A DNA stretch of 64,000 bases from an uncultured Campylobacter sp. (lineage in GTDB: Bacteria > Campylobacterota > Campylobacteria > Campylobacterales > Campylobacteraceae): assembly GCA_963529735.1 (NCBI GenBank), contig CAUSAR010000002.1, positions 308 to 64,307 on the forward strand. The letters are read 5' to 3'. Positions 39,037 to 49,297 of the stretch are shown piece by piece. Under the pieces are notes generated by a model, which was not told the DNA's origin, did not search any database, and worked only from the letters and a program-made list of their open reading frames with translations. Every line of letters begins with the position of its first letter. Within the stretch, counting starts at the first letter, position 1. The position numbers and the translations under genes were made by a program.

Positions 39037-40310
39037 ATGCTAAGCAGCAAGGATAGCAACGAAACAAAAAGTTTTTACAGAAGAAGATCTTAGAAGAGTT
39101 CCTGGTGTGTGTTTTTTGATACATCTAGTGCGCTGATTTAAACTTTTAAATAAAGGAGATGAATTTGCAAAAAATGGGGCCATTTTTATTGCAAAAGTAG
39201 GATTTGTTACTGGGCTGGTAGCTGATTTAACAATAAATATATCTAAAAATAAAGATGGTAGTATAGTTTATACGATTGCTTCAACAACCACAAAAGATAC
39301 TATAAAATATTATGCATCTTATTGGGCAACTACGACTTTGGCGCTTGCGATTGTTGCTAAAGCAACATTGTTTTTGGGAGCCGGTGTTAATGGCAACAGG
39401 ATTGGCAGTAGTTGGAACAACAAGCTTATTTATAGTTGTATCATATGGCACAGATTATCTATTAAATAATTTAGAAGAAATTATTAATCAATCTATTGAT
39501 CATTATACCAATAAAGAAATTGAACTCTACACTCCTACCATCTACGGCAAAATAACCCAAAAAGAATTTATGATACAAGAGTTAGAACAAAATAATAAAA
39601 CCACAAAAGATTTTTGTATGAGAATGTATCCTAAATTTGCAAGATATGTTCAAACGAGGGATTTAAGCAAAGTAGATATCAGCACGGTTTCAAATTCTGA
39701 TTTTATCCAAAGAATTACGCTCAAAAAACAAAAATGCACTAGCCATAAAAACAGCCTCCGAGGTAGGTAGCGTAAAACAAGCTACCGAGATATTTGAAAT
39801 CATAAACGCTATGCCTAACATCCCAACCGTAACCCTCAACTCCCACACCTACGACATAAGAAACCTTTCAAATTTAGAGATAAGAAATGCGATCGATAAG
39901 ATACCTCAGGTATCTTTCCTACTTTCCAATATCCTGATAAGAACCGGCGAAGAGCTGGATCTGGGAAGCAAGGGAATATACAAAGTAAAAAGCGGAGATA
40001 CTCTCTCAACCATAGCTCAAAGAAACGGTATGGTTACTAAAGAGCTACTAAAGCTAAACACTTGGCTGGTAGATGAAGGCAGAGTATCTTTCCTGCAAAA
40101 CAAGGTATTGGTAGAATCAAGCATACTGGAACTAAACGAGATAGATCACGTCCTAACGGGTGATAGAAACGCCGAAAATATCCTCATAGATGCAAACGGG
40201 GGGAGACGATACTCTAGTGGGCGGTAATAAAAAAGATATACTAAAAGACGGCAATAGTTTGGACGTAACAATGATAAAGACACAAAAAGAGTTCTATAAT
40301 TTTTATTAAA
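39037..40310 (+). pseudogene. Multiply frameshifted remnant of a larger gene with Gly-zipper TM, LysM and RTX-like Ca-binding-repeat segments
   Basis: Coding-looking sequence jumps frame at about 39385, at the A-run 39722-39735 and at the G6 run 40198-40203. It contains KVKSGDTLSTIAQRNGMVTKELLKLN (LysM). After a -1 shift it contains IDANGGDDTLVGGNKKDIL (GGxGxDxL nonapeptide-like). Confidence 0.5.
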
Positions 40311-40460
40311 TAAAATATGAGATATTGGGGCAGTAATGTAAGTTGTAGTTAAAAATTAACTTAAACCTAGTTGGGTATATTTTAAATATGGTTTGTACTT
40401 TTTTCTTGTTAAGCTTAGAAAAGTGGTGTAGGGGGGGTGGAAATAAAATTTAAGAAATTT

Positions 40461-40476
40461 AAGCCCAAAAGGGCTT
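40461..40476 (-). terminator. Hairpin after rpsR
   Basis: AAGCCC-tttt-GGGCTT lies immediately downstream of the rpsR stop on the minus strand. Confidence 0.5.
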
Positions 40477-40481
40477 AAAAA

Positions 40482-40742
40482 TTATAGTCCCTCAAAAGGA
40501 TTGGTTACTACGTCGTCGCGATCGACTACGTAAGGTATCAAAGCTACCTGGCGAGCGCGCTTGATAGCCTTTTCGACCATCTCTTGGTATTTTTTAGACG
40601 TTCCTGTTAGGCGTCTTGGCATAATTTTAAATCTTTCTGACAAGCAGTACTTCAAAAGTGAAGTATCCTTGTAGTCGATAAAATCTATCTTTGCCTCTGT
40701 AAATTTGCAGTATTTGCGTGAATATTTTCTTTTTTCAGCCAT
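40482..40742 (-). CDS. rpsR: 30S ribosomal protein S18
   Basis: [17 protein letters not shown]...[15 protein letters not shown] is canonical S18. Confidence 0.97.
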   Translation of the reverse strand: MAEKRKYSRKYCKFTEAKIDFIDYKDTSLLKYCLSERFKIMPRRLTGTSKKYQEMVEKAIKRARQVALIPYVVDRDDVVTNPFEGL

Positions 40743-40756
40743 CGTTTTTTCCTTAA

Positions 40757-41338
40757 TTAAAATGGTATCGTTTCGTCGCCGTCATCGTATTTGTCGGCAT
40801 CTATATCTATTTCTCGGACATTATCGCCATAGTATTCGTCTTTTGGCTGTTGCTTTTGTTGTTGCGGTTTATTAAAATTTTGCCTTTGCGCGCCGCTTTG
40901 AGCATAGCTATTTTGCTGATTTTGTCCGCCTTGATAGCCGCCGCCGTAGCTGTTATTTTGGTAACTGCCTTGCTGATAGCCTTGATTACTATTTTGACTA
41001 TATCCGCCTTGCTGTTGTCCTCCGCCTAGCATCTCCATATTTTCCACACTGATCGTGTGTTTGCTTCTATTTTGTCCGTTATTGTCCGTCCATTGGTCGA
41101 ATTTTAAGCGACCCTCAACTAGAAGCTTTGAGCCTTTGGAAAGATATTGGTTTGCTATTTCCGCTTGTTTTCCGAAAAATGTTATGTCAATAAAGCACGT
41201 TTCTTCGCGTTTTTCGCCGTTCACGTTAAATTTTCTCGTTACGGCGATGGCGCTGTTGCCTATGGCTGCACCCGCAGTCGTATATCTAAGCTCGATATCT
41301 CGTGTTAAATTTCCTACTAAAACGACTCTATTAAACAT
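40757..41338 (-). CDS. ssb: Single-stranded DNA-binding protein
   Basis: [20 protein letters not shown] marks the OB fold. A Gly/Gln-rich linker and an acidic tail ending DGDETIPF follow. Confidence 0.97.
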   Translation of the reverse strand: MFNRVVLVGNLTRDIELRYTTAGAAIGNSAIAVTRKFNVNGEKREETCFIDITFFGKQAEIANQYLSKGSKLLVEGRLKFDQWTDNNGQNRSKHTISVENMEMLGGGQQQGGYSQNSNQGYQQGSYQNNSYGGGYQGGQNQQNSYAQSGAQRQNFNKPQQQKQQPKDEYYGDNVREIDIDADKYDDGDETIPF

Positions 41339-41347
41339 TTTTCGTCC

Positions 41348-41734
41348 TTATTCTTGCGTTGCCGGAGCTTCTTCTACTTTGACTTTCGGTTCTTTTTTGT
41401 TTAGTTTGATGCCCTTGCTCATTTTTTCCCAAGCGGCGATCTCTTTTTTGTTTTCAAATTTGACCGTTAAGAATTTAATGATCTCTTCGGTAATTCTGAT
41501 TATACGCTCGACTTCGGCGATAGCTTGAGTCGGAGCCTCGAAATACACGACGAAATAAGTTCCGCGCTCATATTTTTTTACGGTATAGGCTAGTTTTCTA
41601 GTGCCCATAGACTGCACGGACCCGATATTTGCGCCGTTTTTGGTTAGGATTTCTTTAATGAAATCAACTTTTGCGCTTACTTCTTCTTCCGTCAAAGTAG
41701 GCTTCAAAATGAACAAAAGCTCGTAGTGCTTCAT
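41348..41734 (-). CDS. rpsF: 30S ribosomal protein S6
   Basis: [12 protein letters not shown] is the canonical S6 start. The gene sits in the rpsF-ssb-rpsR operon. Confidence 0.96.
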   Translation of the reverse strand: MKHYELLFILKPTLTEEEVSAKVDFIKEILTKNGANIGSVQSMGTRKLAYTVKKYERGTYFVVYFEAPTQAIAEVERIIRITEEIIKFLTVKFENKKEIAAWEKMSKGIKLNKKEPKVKVEEAPATQE

Positions 41735-41824
41735 TGATTCTCCTTGTGGGTATTAAGCTCGCTTGCACGGTTGCAAACGGGCAAGGAAGTCTTTCGACAA
41801 GAGCTGATTTTATCTTTTTTTTAC

Positions 41825-42811
41825 TTAATATTTGCTGTTTTTGCCGATAAGATTTTGCAGGTCCAGCACGCAGGAGAGCAGAAAAGTTTTTTTATCGAGC
41901 GAGGAGTTTGTTTTTAGCTCAAATTCTGCCAAATTTAATGCGGTAAAAATTTCCCTATACGCTTTTAAATTTACAGCCAAGCACTGCCTTTTTAGTTCAT
42001 TTGCGACGTTTGGCGGCGGTGTATAACCTAGCGTTTCTTTTATGTCAAATTTACCAGTTATTTTGATACCCGCATGCAGTTTAAAGAGTCTAAAAAATGC
42101 GCGGTAAAGCGAGTTAATAAACAAAATTTCATTAAAATTTCCATCGTCCGCGCAGGAGAAAAAATCGGCCCTGATATCTTTTAGTCCGATAAATTTATCG
42201 AAAAAATCGTCAAAACTCACGCTTGATAGCGAAAAAACCAAGCTTCTCACGATATTTTCGTTTATGGGTTCGTTTAGAGAGGCTAGTTTGTTTAGTTCGC
42301 TTGCAGCCAGATATAAATTTTCGTTGTGTATGCGGTAGAGTTCAAAAAGCGCGTTTCTTGTGATGTTTAGGTTCATTTTTGCAGCTTGTCTGCCGAGCAA
42401 ATTTACGGCTTCTTCGGGTGAGCCGGGTTTAAAAAACCTCGCAAAATTTACCCCGAAAGCCTTTTGCGTATCAAAAACCGCTTTAGCATCGGGCTCAAAA
42501 AGCTCGAAGATAAATACGCCGCCGTTTTTGCAACCGTCTATCAGGATTTTTAGTTCTTTTGCAGGGATTTTTTTGTCGCTTTTTACGTGCAAAAGCGGGC
42601 TGCCGCCAAAGAGCGAAGGCTCGCAAAGATGCGCTCGCGCTATGTCAAAATCGTACTCGTCATAGTAAAGACTCAAAATTTCGAAATCTTTAAATTTGGC
42701 TAAAATTTCCTTTGCAAAAAGCTCGATTTGGTATTCGTCCGCGCCGTAAAGCAAAAAATAATTTGGAAATTTAGCCGAATTTAGCGCGGCCTCAAGCTCT
42801 TTTCTATACAT
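41825..42811 (-). CDS. holA: DNA polymerase III delta subunit
   Basis: 328 aa with FPNYFLLYGADEYQIE at the N-terminus, typical of epsilonproteobacterial HolA. There is an 8-nt overlap with rnr, and the synteny with rnr is conserved. Confidence 0.75.
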   Translation of the reverse strand: MYRKELEAALNSAKFPNYFLLYGADEYQIELFAKEILAKFKDFEILSLYYDEYDFDIARAHLCEPSLFGGSPLLHVKSDKKIPAKELKILIDGCKNGGVFIFELFEPDAKAVFDTQKAFGVNFARFFKPGSPEEAVNLLGRQAAKMNLNITRNALFELYRIHNENLYLAASELNKLASLNEPINENIVRSLVFSLSSVSFDDFFDKFIGLKDIRADFFSCADDGNFNEILFINSLYRAFFRLFKLHAGIKITGKFDIKETLGYTPPPNVANELKRQCLAVNLKAYREIFTALNLAEFELKTNSSLDKKTFLLSCVLDLQNLIGKNSKY

Positions 42812-44723
42812 CGATTTTCTTTACTACTTTGCCGAAAATTTCAGCCGTCGCGATATTTACGTCCGTGATTTCGACGATGACTTTTTGTAGCAAATTTACG
42901 CCGTACGCGCCCAAAAATATCCTAGCGCCCTTTATCTCGTCGTCAAGCCTAGCGACAGCGACGTTTTGATTTTCGCTGATATAGGCGCTAAATCGCTGTC
43001 CGATACGCTCTTTCGCCCAGCGCGCAAATTTCCTATCCATAAAGTCAAACGCGACCCTGTCTGCTTCGCGCTCGAGTTCGCTTAAATTTGAGCAAGTCGC
43101 TTCGATATTTAAAAGCAGGTAGTTGAAAAATTTCTCGTCGTTGCGCAGTTTGGCCTTTAAAAGGCGGTGTAGCGTGAGATCGGAGTAGCGGCGGATCGGG
43201 CTCGTAAAGTGCGTATAACGCTCAAATCCCAGTCCGAAGTGGCCTAAATTTTGCGCACCGTATTCGGCCTTTTTTTGCGATTTTATGATGAGTTTGTCGA
43301 TCTCCTCGCGGTTGCCTGCGGCGTCGGCTTGAGCCTGAATTTTGCGAACCAAATTTGCGATGTCGCTTTCGTAAACGAAGTCAAAGCCTAAAGCGCCGAG
43401 ATCTTCGAGTAAAATTTGTATTTTTCGCAGATCCGGCGAGCCGTGATTTCTAAAAACGCCTTTGCCGATGCGTTTTGCCGCCGCGACGTTGGCTAGCAGC
43501 ATGCAGTCTTCGACTAGTCTATGCGAGTCCGTATCGGTCTCAAATCTCGTAGAAGCAAGCCCGCCGCCCTCATCAAGGCTCATGTGAAGCTCCTGTGTTC
43601 TAAAGTCAAATGCGTTTTTTAGGCGTTTTTTGCGTAGGCGCGAAGTGAGCTCAAAAAGCGGCTTTATCCAGCCGATTTCATCCTCGCGTTCGCCGCGTAA
43701 AATTTGATCGACCTCGTCGTAGTTAAAGCGCCTTTGTGAGACAATAATGGCTTCTAAGAGCTCTTCTTTTACGACTTCGCCATCTTCGCCTAGCGTGATT
43801 TTGAAACAAAACGCAAGGCGCGCGGTATTTGGCTTGAGCGAGCAGATATTTTCGCTCAAATTTCGCGGTAGCATCGGCACGGCTTTGTGCGGAAAATATA
43901 TAGAAAATCCGCGCGTTTTAGCCTCTGCGTCTATCGGAGAGTATGGCGTGACGTATTCGCTCACGTCAGCGATCGCGACGTAAATTTCGCGTTTTTTCTC
44001 GTCAAAATATATCGCGTCGTCAAAGTCCTTAGCATCGACGGGATCGATCGTGCAAAAGGCTAGCTCCCTTAAATCTACCCTTTGTGGGTACATCGCAGGA
44101 TCGACCTCGTCGCCCCATGCGATCGCTTCAGCTTCGCATTCCTCGCTAAATTCATCGTTTTTATTAAAGACGGCAAGCGAGATTTTTTCGTCGCTTAGCG
44201 GGTCGTTTATGTTGCCGATAACCTCGACTATTTCGTTGTTTAGGTTGCCGATTTTTAGTAGAGTGCCCGGCGGCAGCATTTTTAGCGATTTTTGCGAGGC
44301 TTTTAGCGGCGAGCTAAGCGCAGTTTTTACGTTTACGCCAAGGATTACCGAGCCTATTTGTTTAGTATAAACCACGCTTGTTTCATTGGCTAGTTTTAGC
44401 GTCATCACAACTTTGGCGCTTTGGCGTTTTTTCTTTAGCGGCAGGAGTTTTGCCAGCACGATATCGCCGTAGTGTGAGGCGTTTAAATTTTTATTTTCTA
44501 TTATTATATCTTGCTTAAAGCGTTTATCGTAGGGCGCCAAAAAACCCGTGCCGTTTGTACTTATATCGAGCTTGCCGCAGACAAAGCCGTTATTTAGGTA
44601 GTAACAGTCTTTGTGGTGGCTTACGGCGTTTAAATTTAGTAAATTTCGTAGGATTTCTTTATCGGAGGAGGCGACTTCCTTTTCGCTCACTCCGTCAAGT
44701 AGTTTTGTTAAAAATTCTTTCAC
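42804..44723 (-). CDS. rnr: Ribonuclease R (RNB family 3'-5' exoribonuclease)
   Basis: The RNB motifs CTIDPVDAKDFDDAI, HFGL..YTHFTSPIRRYSDL and the C-terminal S1-like region are present. Confidence 0.93.
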   Translation of the reverse strand: MKEFLTKLLDGVSEKEVASSDKEILRNLLNLNAVSHHKDCYYLNNGFVCGKLDISTNGTGFLAPYDKRFKQDIIIENKNLNASHYGDIVLAKLLPLKKKRQSAKVVMTLKLANETSVVYTKQIGSVILGVNVKTALSSPLKASQKSLKMLPPGTLLKIGNLNNEIVEVIGNINDPLSDEKISLAVFNKNDEFSEECEAEAIAWGDEVDPAMYPQRVDLRELAFCTIDPVDAKDFDDAIYFDEKKREIYVAIADVSEYVTPYSPIDAEAKTRGFSIYFPHKAVPMLPRNLSENICSLKPNTARLAFCFKITLGEDGEVVKEELLEAIIVSQRRFNYDEVDQILRGEREDEIGWIKPLFELTSRLRKKRLKNAFDFRTQELHMSLDEGGGLASTRFETDTDSHRLVEDCMLLANVAAAKRIGKGVFRNHGSPDLRKIQILLEDLGALGFDFVYESDIANLVRKIQAQADAAGNREEIDKLIIKSQKKAEYGAQNLGHFGLGFERYTHFTSPIRRYSDLTLHRLLKAKLRNDEKFFNYLLLNIEATCSNLSELEREADRVAFDFMDRKFARWAKERIGQRFSAYISENQNVAVARLDDEIKGARIFLGAYGVNLLQKVIVEITDVNIATAEIFGKVVKKIDV

Positions 44724-45538
44724 AAATTCGCTTTGACTTTTGCGACGGCTTCTAGGAATTTATCTTGCGCAAAGCCGTATTCGTCGAGGCACATTAACGT
44801 ATTTTGCAGATTGTCGTCGTTTAGTTGGTTAAAGATATTGACAGCATTTTTTACGACTTTAAGTGCTTTTGAGTAGTTTTTTATGTGTTCAGGCGCATCA
44901 TCCGGGTTGTTTGAATACAAAATCGCGTCGACAAGCTCAGGTTCAAGGTTCCATTGTTCGAAAATTTTAGCCGTTACGGTTTCGTTAGAGATGCCGACGA
45001 TCTCGTTTTCTAGCTCAGATAAATCAAAAGGGCTTGAAATATTTTTTAATTTTGCCTTAAAGTCATCGGCTTTGCCTGTTTCGTTTAGCTCGTTTGAGAT
45101 GACGATTTTACCCACTTCTAGCATAAACGAGGCGGGGCTTAAAACGGTAAGCTCGCTAGCGTTGATTTTTGAATACCAGTTATACATTAGAGCATTTTGC
45201 ATTATAGAAATATTTAAAAAATCTTGACTGGTGATACCGTATGGATCTAAATTTATCTTAAAGCTTTTTTTAACTGCGCTCGATAGAGCAAATCCGCGTA
45301 TGGTCGCCATACCAAACAGTGTAACGGCTCTTGATATCGTAGTAATCTCTCTGCTAAATCCATAAAGAGGGGAGTTTGCCGAGCGTAGTATATTTGCCGT
45401 TAACATCGGGTCTTTTTCGACTATTTGAGATAGATCGGTAAGCGAACTATTGTCGTCTGAGCAAACGGTTTGAATTTTTATTATTGTATCGTCAAGCGGC
45501 GGAAGAGCCTTTATATGTTTATAAATTGATTCATTCAT
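44720..45538 (-). CDS. HDOD domain-containing signalling protein
   Basis: LPPLDDTIIKIQ...IVEKDPMLTANILRSANSPLYGFSREITTISRAVTLFG is the HDOD signature. There is a 4-nt overlap with rnr. Confidence 0.85.
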   Translation of the reverse strand: MNESIYKHIKALPPLDDTIIKIQTVCSDDNSSLTDLSQIVEKDPMLTANILRSANSPLYGFSREITTISRAVTLFGMATIRGFALSSAVKKSFKINLDPYGITSQDFLNISIMQNALMYNWYSKINASELTVLSPASFMLEVGKIVISNELNETGKADDFKAKLKNISSPFDLSELENEIVGISNETVTAKIFEQWNLEPELVDAILYSNNPDDAPEHIKNYSKALKVVKNAVNIFNQLNDDNLQNTLMCLDEYGFAQDKFLEAVAKVKANL

Positions 45539-45634
45539 TTTTTACACTTTGCATCGAGATTTCGTAAGTGACAATTCTACACTAAAAGGCTTTTTAAAAA
45601 ACTTAAAGTCAAGTTTGTTTCAGTGTTTAGGTAG

Positions 45635-46690
<1,056 letters not shown>

Positions 46691-48328
46691 TTGAACTCGA
46701 AACCTAGAAAAAAAGCCGCGAAAAGGCGCTCCAAAAAGGGGCGCTCGCGCGGCGGACTAAAGCTACTACTTTCCGTTTTTCTCATCGCCTGTATCTTGAT
46801 TGCAGGGGCATTTTATCTGCTGGACGTCAGGGTAAAGGTTAAAAGCGACAACGCGCTGATCGCTAAAATCGAGCGGTATTTCGGCGATAAAAGCGAGTCC
46901 GAGCAAAAGCAAAATTTAAGCCACAAACCAAGCCTTTCAGCCTCAAACAGCTCTGAAAAAGTCACCACAAAAGACACGCAAGCCGCCTCAGGCGTGCACT
47001 CGAGAGCAAATTTAACCGATATAAAGGCGCTTTTTGACGAGGCGGATGCTAAAGGTAAAATAAAAATCGGCGGCGAAAAAGCTAGAGCCGAAGAAAAAAA
47101 CGATCAAAATTTGATAAACGAGCAGGCTAAATTTGATAAAAGCGGGCAAGGCGCACCTGCGACCAAAGATAAAATCTCGCCCGAGAGCGTAAATTTAGCC
47201 TCCCGCGACACTTCCGAGCTGGACGGCGCAAACGCCAAAAAGGTCGGCGAGCTAAATTTGACAAATTTAAGCTCTAAAAACGAGCCCGCTAAAACCGCTC
47301 AAAATGGAGGCGATGGTGTCAAATTTGACGCCTCGCAAACGCCTCAGCGAACGCATATTTTTGCAAATTCCGAAGCCGTGATCTTTGACGATACGCCTAT
47401 GTCGCAGGCGCAAAATAACTCCCTCGAGCAGGCGCTAAAAAAAGAAAAAATCCATATCGAATTTAGCGACGCAAAAGATGCCGCAAGCGATCAGGCGGGG
47501 CAGCTCGAAGTAAAATTTGACGCAGAAAACGCGCCGCAAAACTCCGAGCAAAACGAGCAAGAAAAAATAGAAAAAGAAAAGCCTAAAAAGGACGAAAAAG
47601 CCAAATTTTCAGACACAAAAAAGACGGATAAAAAAAGCGCGACCGAGACAAACGAGGTAAAGGCAGCCGTAAAAGCTGGCTACAAACCGCGCCTAGTCAT
47701 CATCATCGACGACGTGGCATACAAGCACCAAGCAGACGCGATAAAATCGGTCAACCTAAAGCTCACGCCGTCCTTTTTTCCAGCCACTTCCGCCCACCCC
47801 GAGACACCTGTTTTGGCCCGGCGTTTTAGCTTTTATATGATCCACCTGCCCATGCAGGCTCTAGGCGGCTTTAAGGGTGCCGAGATCGGTACTCTCACGG
47901 TCGACGACGACTACGAAAAGATCGCTAAAAAACTGCAAAGCATCAAGCGAGACTTTCCGAATCTAAAATACATCAACAACCACACGGGTAGCCGCTTTAC
48001 GAGCGATGCGGCCGCGATGGATAGGATGATGCGGGCGGTGCGGGACGAAAATTTGATATTCGTCGATAGCAAGACGACCTCGCCGACCAAGGTTTACGGC
48101 GCGGCGAAAAAATACTCTATGCCATACATCGCGCGCGACGTGTTTTTGGATCACGACGGCTCAAAAGCGGCCGTGCGAAAGCAGCTAAAATACGCCATCG
48201 AGCTAGCTAAAAAGCGCTCATACGCCATCGCGATCGGCCATCCGCACAAAAACACGATCGAAGTCCTGCAAGAAAGCGCCAAGCTCCTGCAGGAGGTCGA
48301 GGTTATCTACCTAAAGGACCTTTTTTGA
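46691..48328 (+). CDS. Membrane-anchored divergent polysaccharide deacetylase (YibQ family) with a long low-complexity linker
   Basis: TTG start, a basic N-terminus plus a TM segment, about 280 aa of low complexity, then the YibQ-like core (RLVIIIDDV..., NNHTGSRFT, IGHPH). Confidence 0.8.
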   Translation: MNSKPRKKAAKRRSKKGRSRGGLKLLLSVFLIACILIAGAFYLLDVRVKVKSDNALIAKIERYFGDKSESEQKQNLSHKPSLSASNSSEKVTTKDTQAASGVHSRANLTDIKALFDEADAKGKIKIGGEKARAEEKNDQNLINEQAKFDKSGQGAPATKDKISPESVNLASRDTSELDGANAKKVGELNLTNLSSKNEPAKTAQNGGDGVKFDASQTPQRTHIFANSEAVIFDDTPMSQAQNNSLEQALKKEKIHIEFSDAKDAASDQAGQLEVKFDAENAPQNSEQNEQEKIEKEKPKKDEKAKFSDTKKTDKKSATETNEVKAAVKAGYKPRLVIIIDDVAYKHQADAIKSVNLKLTPSFFPATSAHPETPVLARRFSFYMIHLPMQALGGFKGAEIGTLTVDDDYEKIAKKLQSIKRDFPNLKYINNHTGSRFTSDAAAMDRMMRAVRDENLIFVDSKTTSPTKVYGAAKKYSMPYIARDVFLDHDGSKAAVRKQLKYAIELAKKRSYAIAIGHPHKNTIEVLQESAKLLQEVEVIYLKDLF

Positions 48329-49092
48329 ATGTTTTAACCGAGCTTCCTAACGGCCTTTTGCATCTTAAAAAGCCGCCGGCAAAGCTATATTTTGATGGAA
48401 ATTTAGCCCTGCTTGAGCGTCCGATGGTCTCAATCGTAGGCTCTAGAAAAGCCAGTGCTTACACCAGGCAGTGCGTAGAGGCGCTAGCTAGGACGCTCGC
48501 AAACAGCGGCGTTTGCGTGGTTAGCGGAGCGGCTATAGGTGTAGATATCGCCGCGCATAAGGGGGCTTTTCCGCATACCATTGCGGTTTTTGGCAACGGA
48601 CTAAGCAAAATATACCCGCCAAGCAACGCCAAAATCATCAAAGAAATTTATCAAAACGCACTGGCTCTGAGCGAATACGCCCCTGACGAGCCGCCGCTTG
48701 CTTATAGATTTTTGGAGCGAAACCGTATCGTAGTCGCGCTCTCGCAGGCTCTAGTCGTGGCGCAGGCCGACCCTAAAAGCGGCTCGATGCAAAGCGCGCG
48801 TATGGCAAAAGAGCTTGGAGTGCCGATATTTACGCTACCTCAGCGCCTAGGCGAGAGCGACGGGACAAACGAGCTGGTCGCTAGTGGCGCGGCAAATTTG
48901 ATAAACGATTTTGACGCTTTTGCGCTTCGTTTCGGCGGTAAACCCACATCTGTGCAAGAGGATGAGGTGATAAAATTTTGTAAAAACGGCGCGAACCTTG
49001 ATGCGGCTTTGGCGAAATTCGGCGATAAAATTTACGAATACGAGCTCGAAGGCAAGCTGCGAATATCTGGACTTACGGTATTTGCGGAGTAA
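48325..49092 (+). CDS. dprA: DNA processing protein DprA (Smf)
   Basis: Shows VSIVGSRKAS, VVSGAAIGVDIAAHKGA and GSMQSA. TTG start overlapping the upstream stop. Confidence 0.9.
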   Translation: MNVLTELPNGLLHLKKPPAKLYFDGNLALLERPMVSIVGSRKASAYTRQCVEALARTLANSGVCVVSGAAIGVDIAAHKGAFPHTIAVFGNGLSKIYPPSNAKIIKEIYQNALALSEYAPDEPPLAYRFLERNRIVVALSQALVVAQADPKSGSMQSARMAKELGVPIFTLPQRLGESDGTNELVASGAANLINDFDAFALRFGGKPTSVQEDEVIKFCKNGANLDAALAKFGDKIYEYELEGKLRISGLTVFAE

Positions 49093-49297
49093 AATTAGCG
49101 GCTTTTGAGCTCAAATTTACGCCGCGCGAGTTTTGATAAAACGGCGGTAAAATTAGAAGTAAAATTTATCGGCTTGACGGCGGTAAATGCGTTTCGGCGA
49201 CGTTTGATTTTGTAAATTTGACGGAGCGTGGCCATCAAATTTGAGCTTGCCTACCGTCAAATTTATCGCTAAATTTGAGAAAATCTAAAGGACGAAA
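49093..49297. repeat. Intergenic spacer densely seeded with AAATTT
   Basis: About 6 AAATTT copies in 205 bp by eye. Confidence 0.75.

Noticed and set aside
37900-40450. Prophage, IS or integrative element interpretation of the low-GC islet
   Set aside because: It has no integrase, transposase, terminal inverted or direct repeats, or flanking tRNA. Only decayed gene fragments are present, so it is reported as a decayed accessory islet rather than a mobile element.
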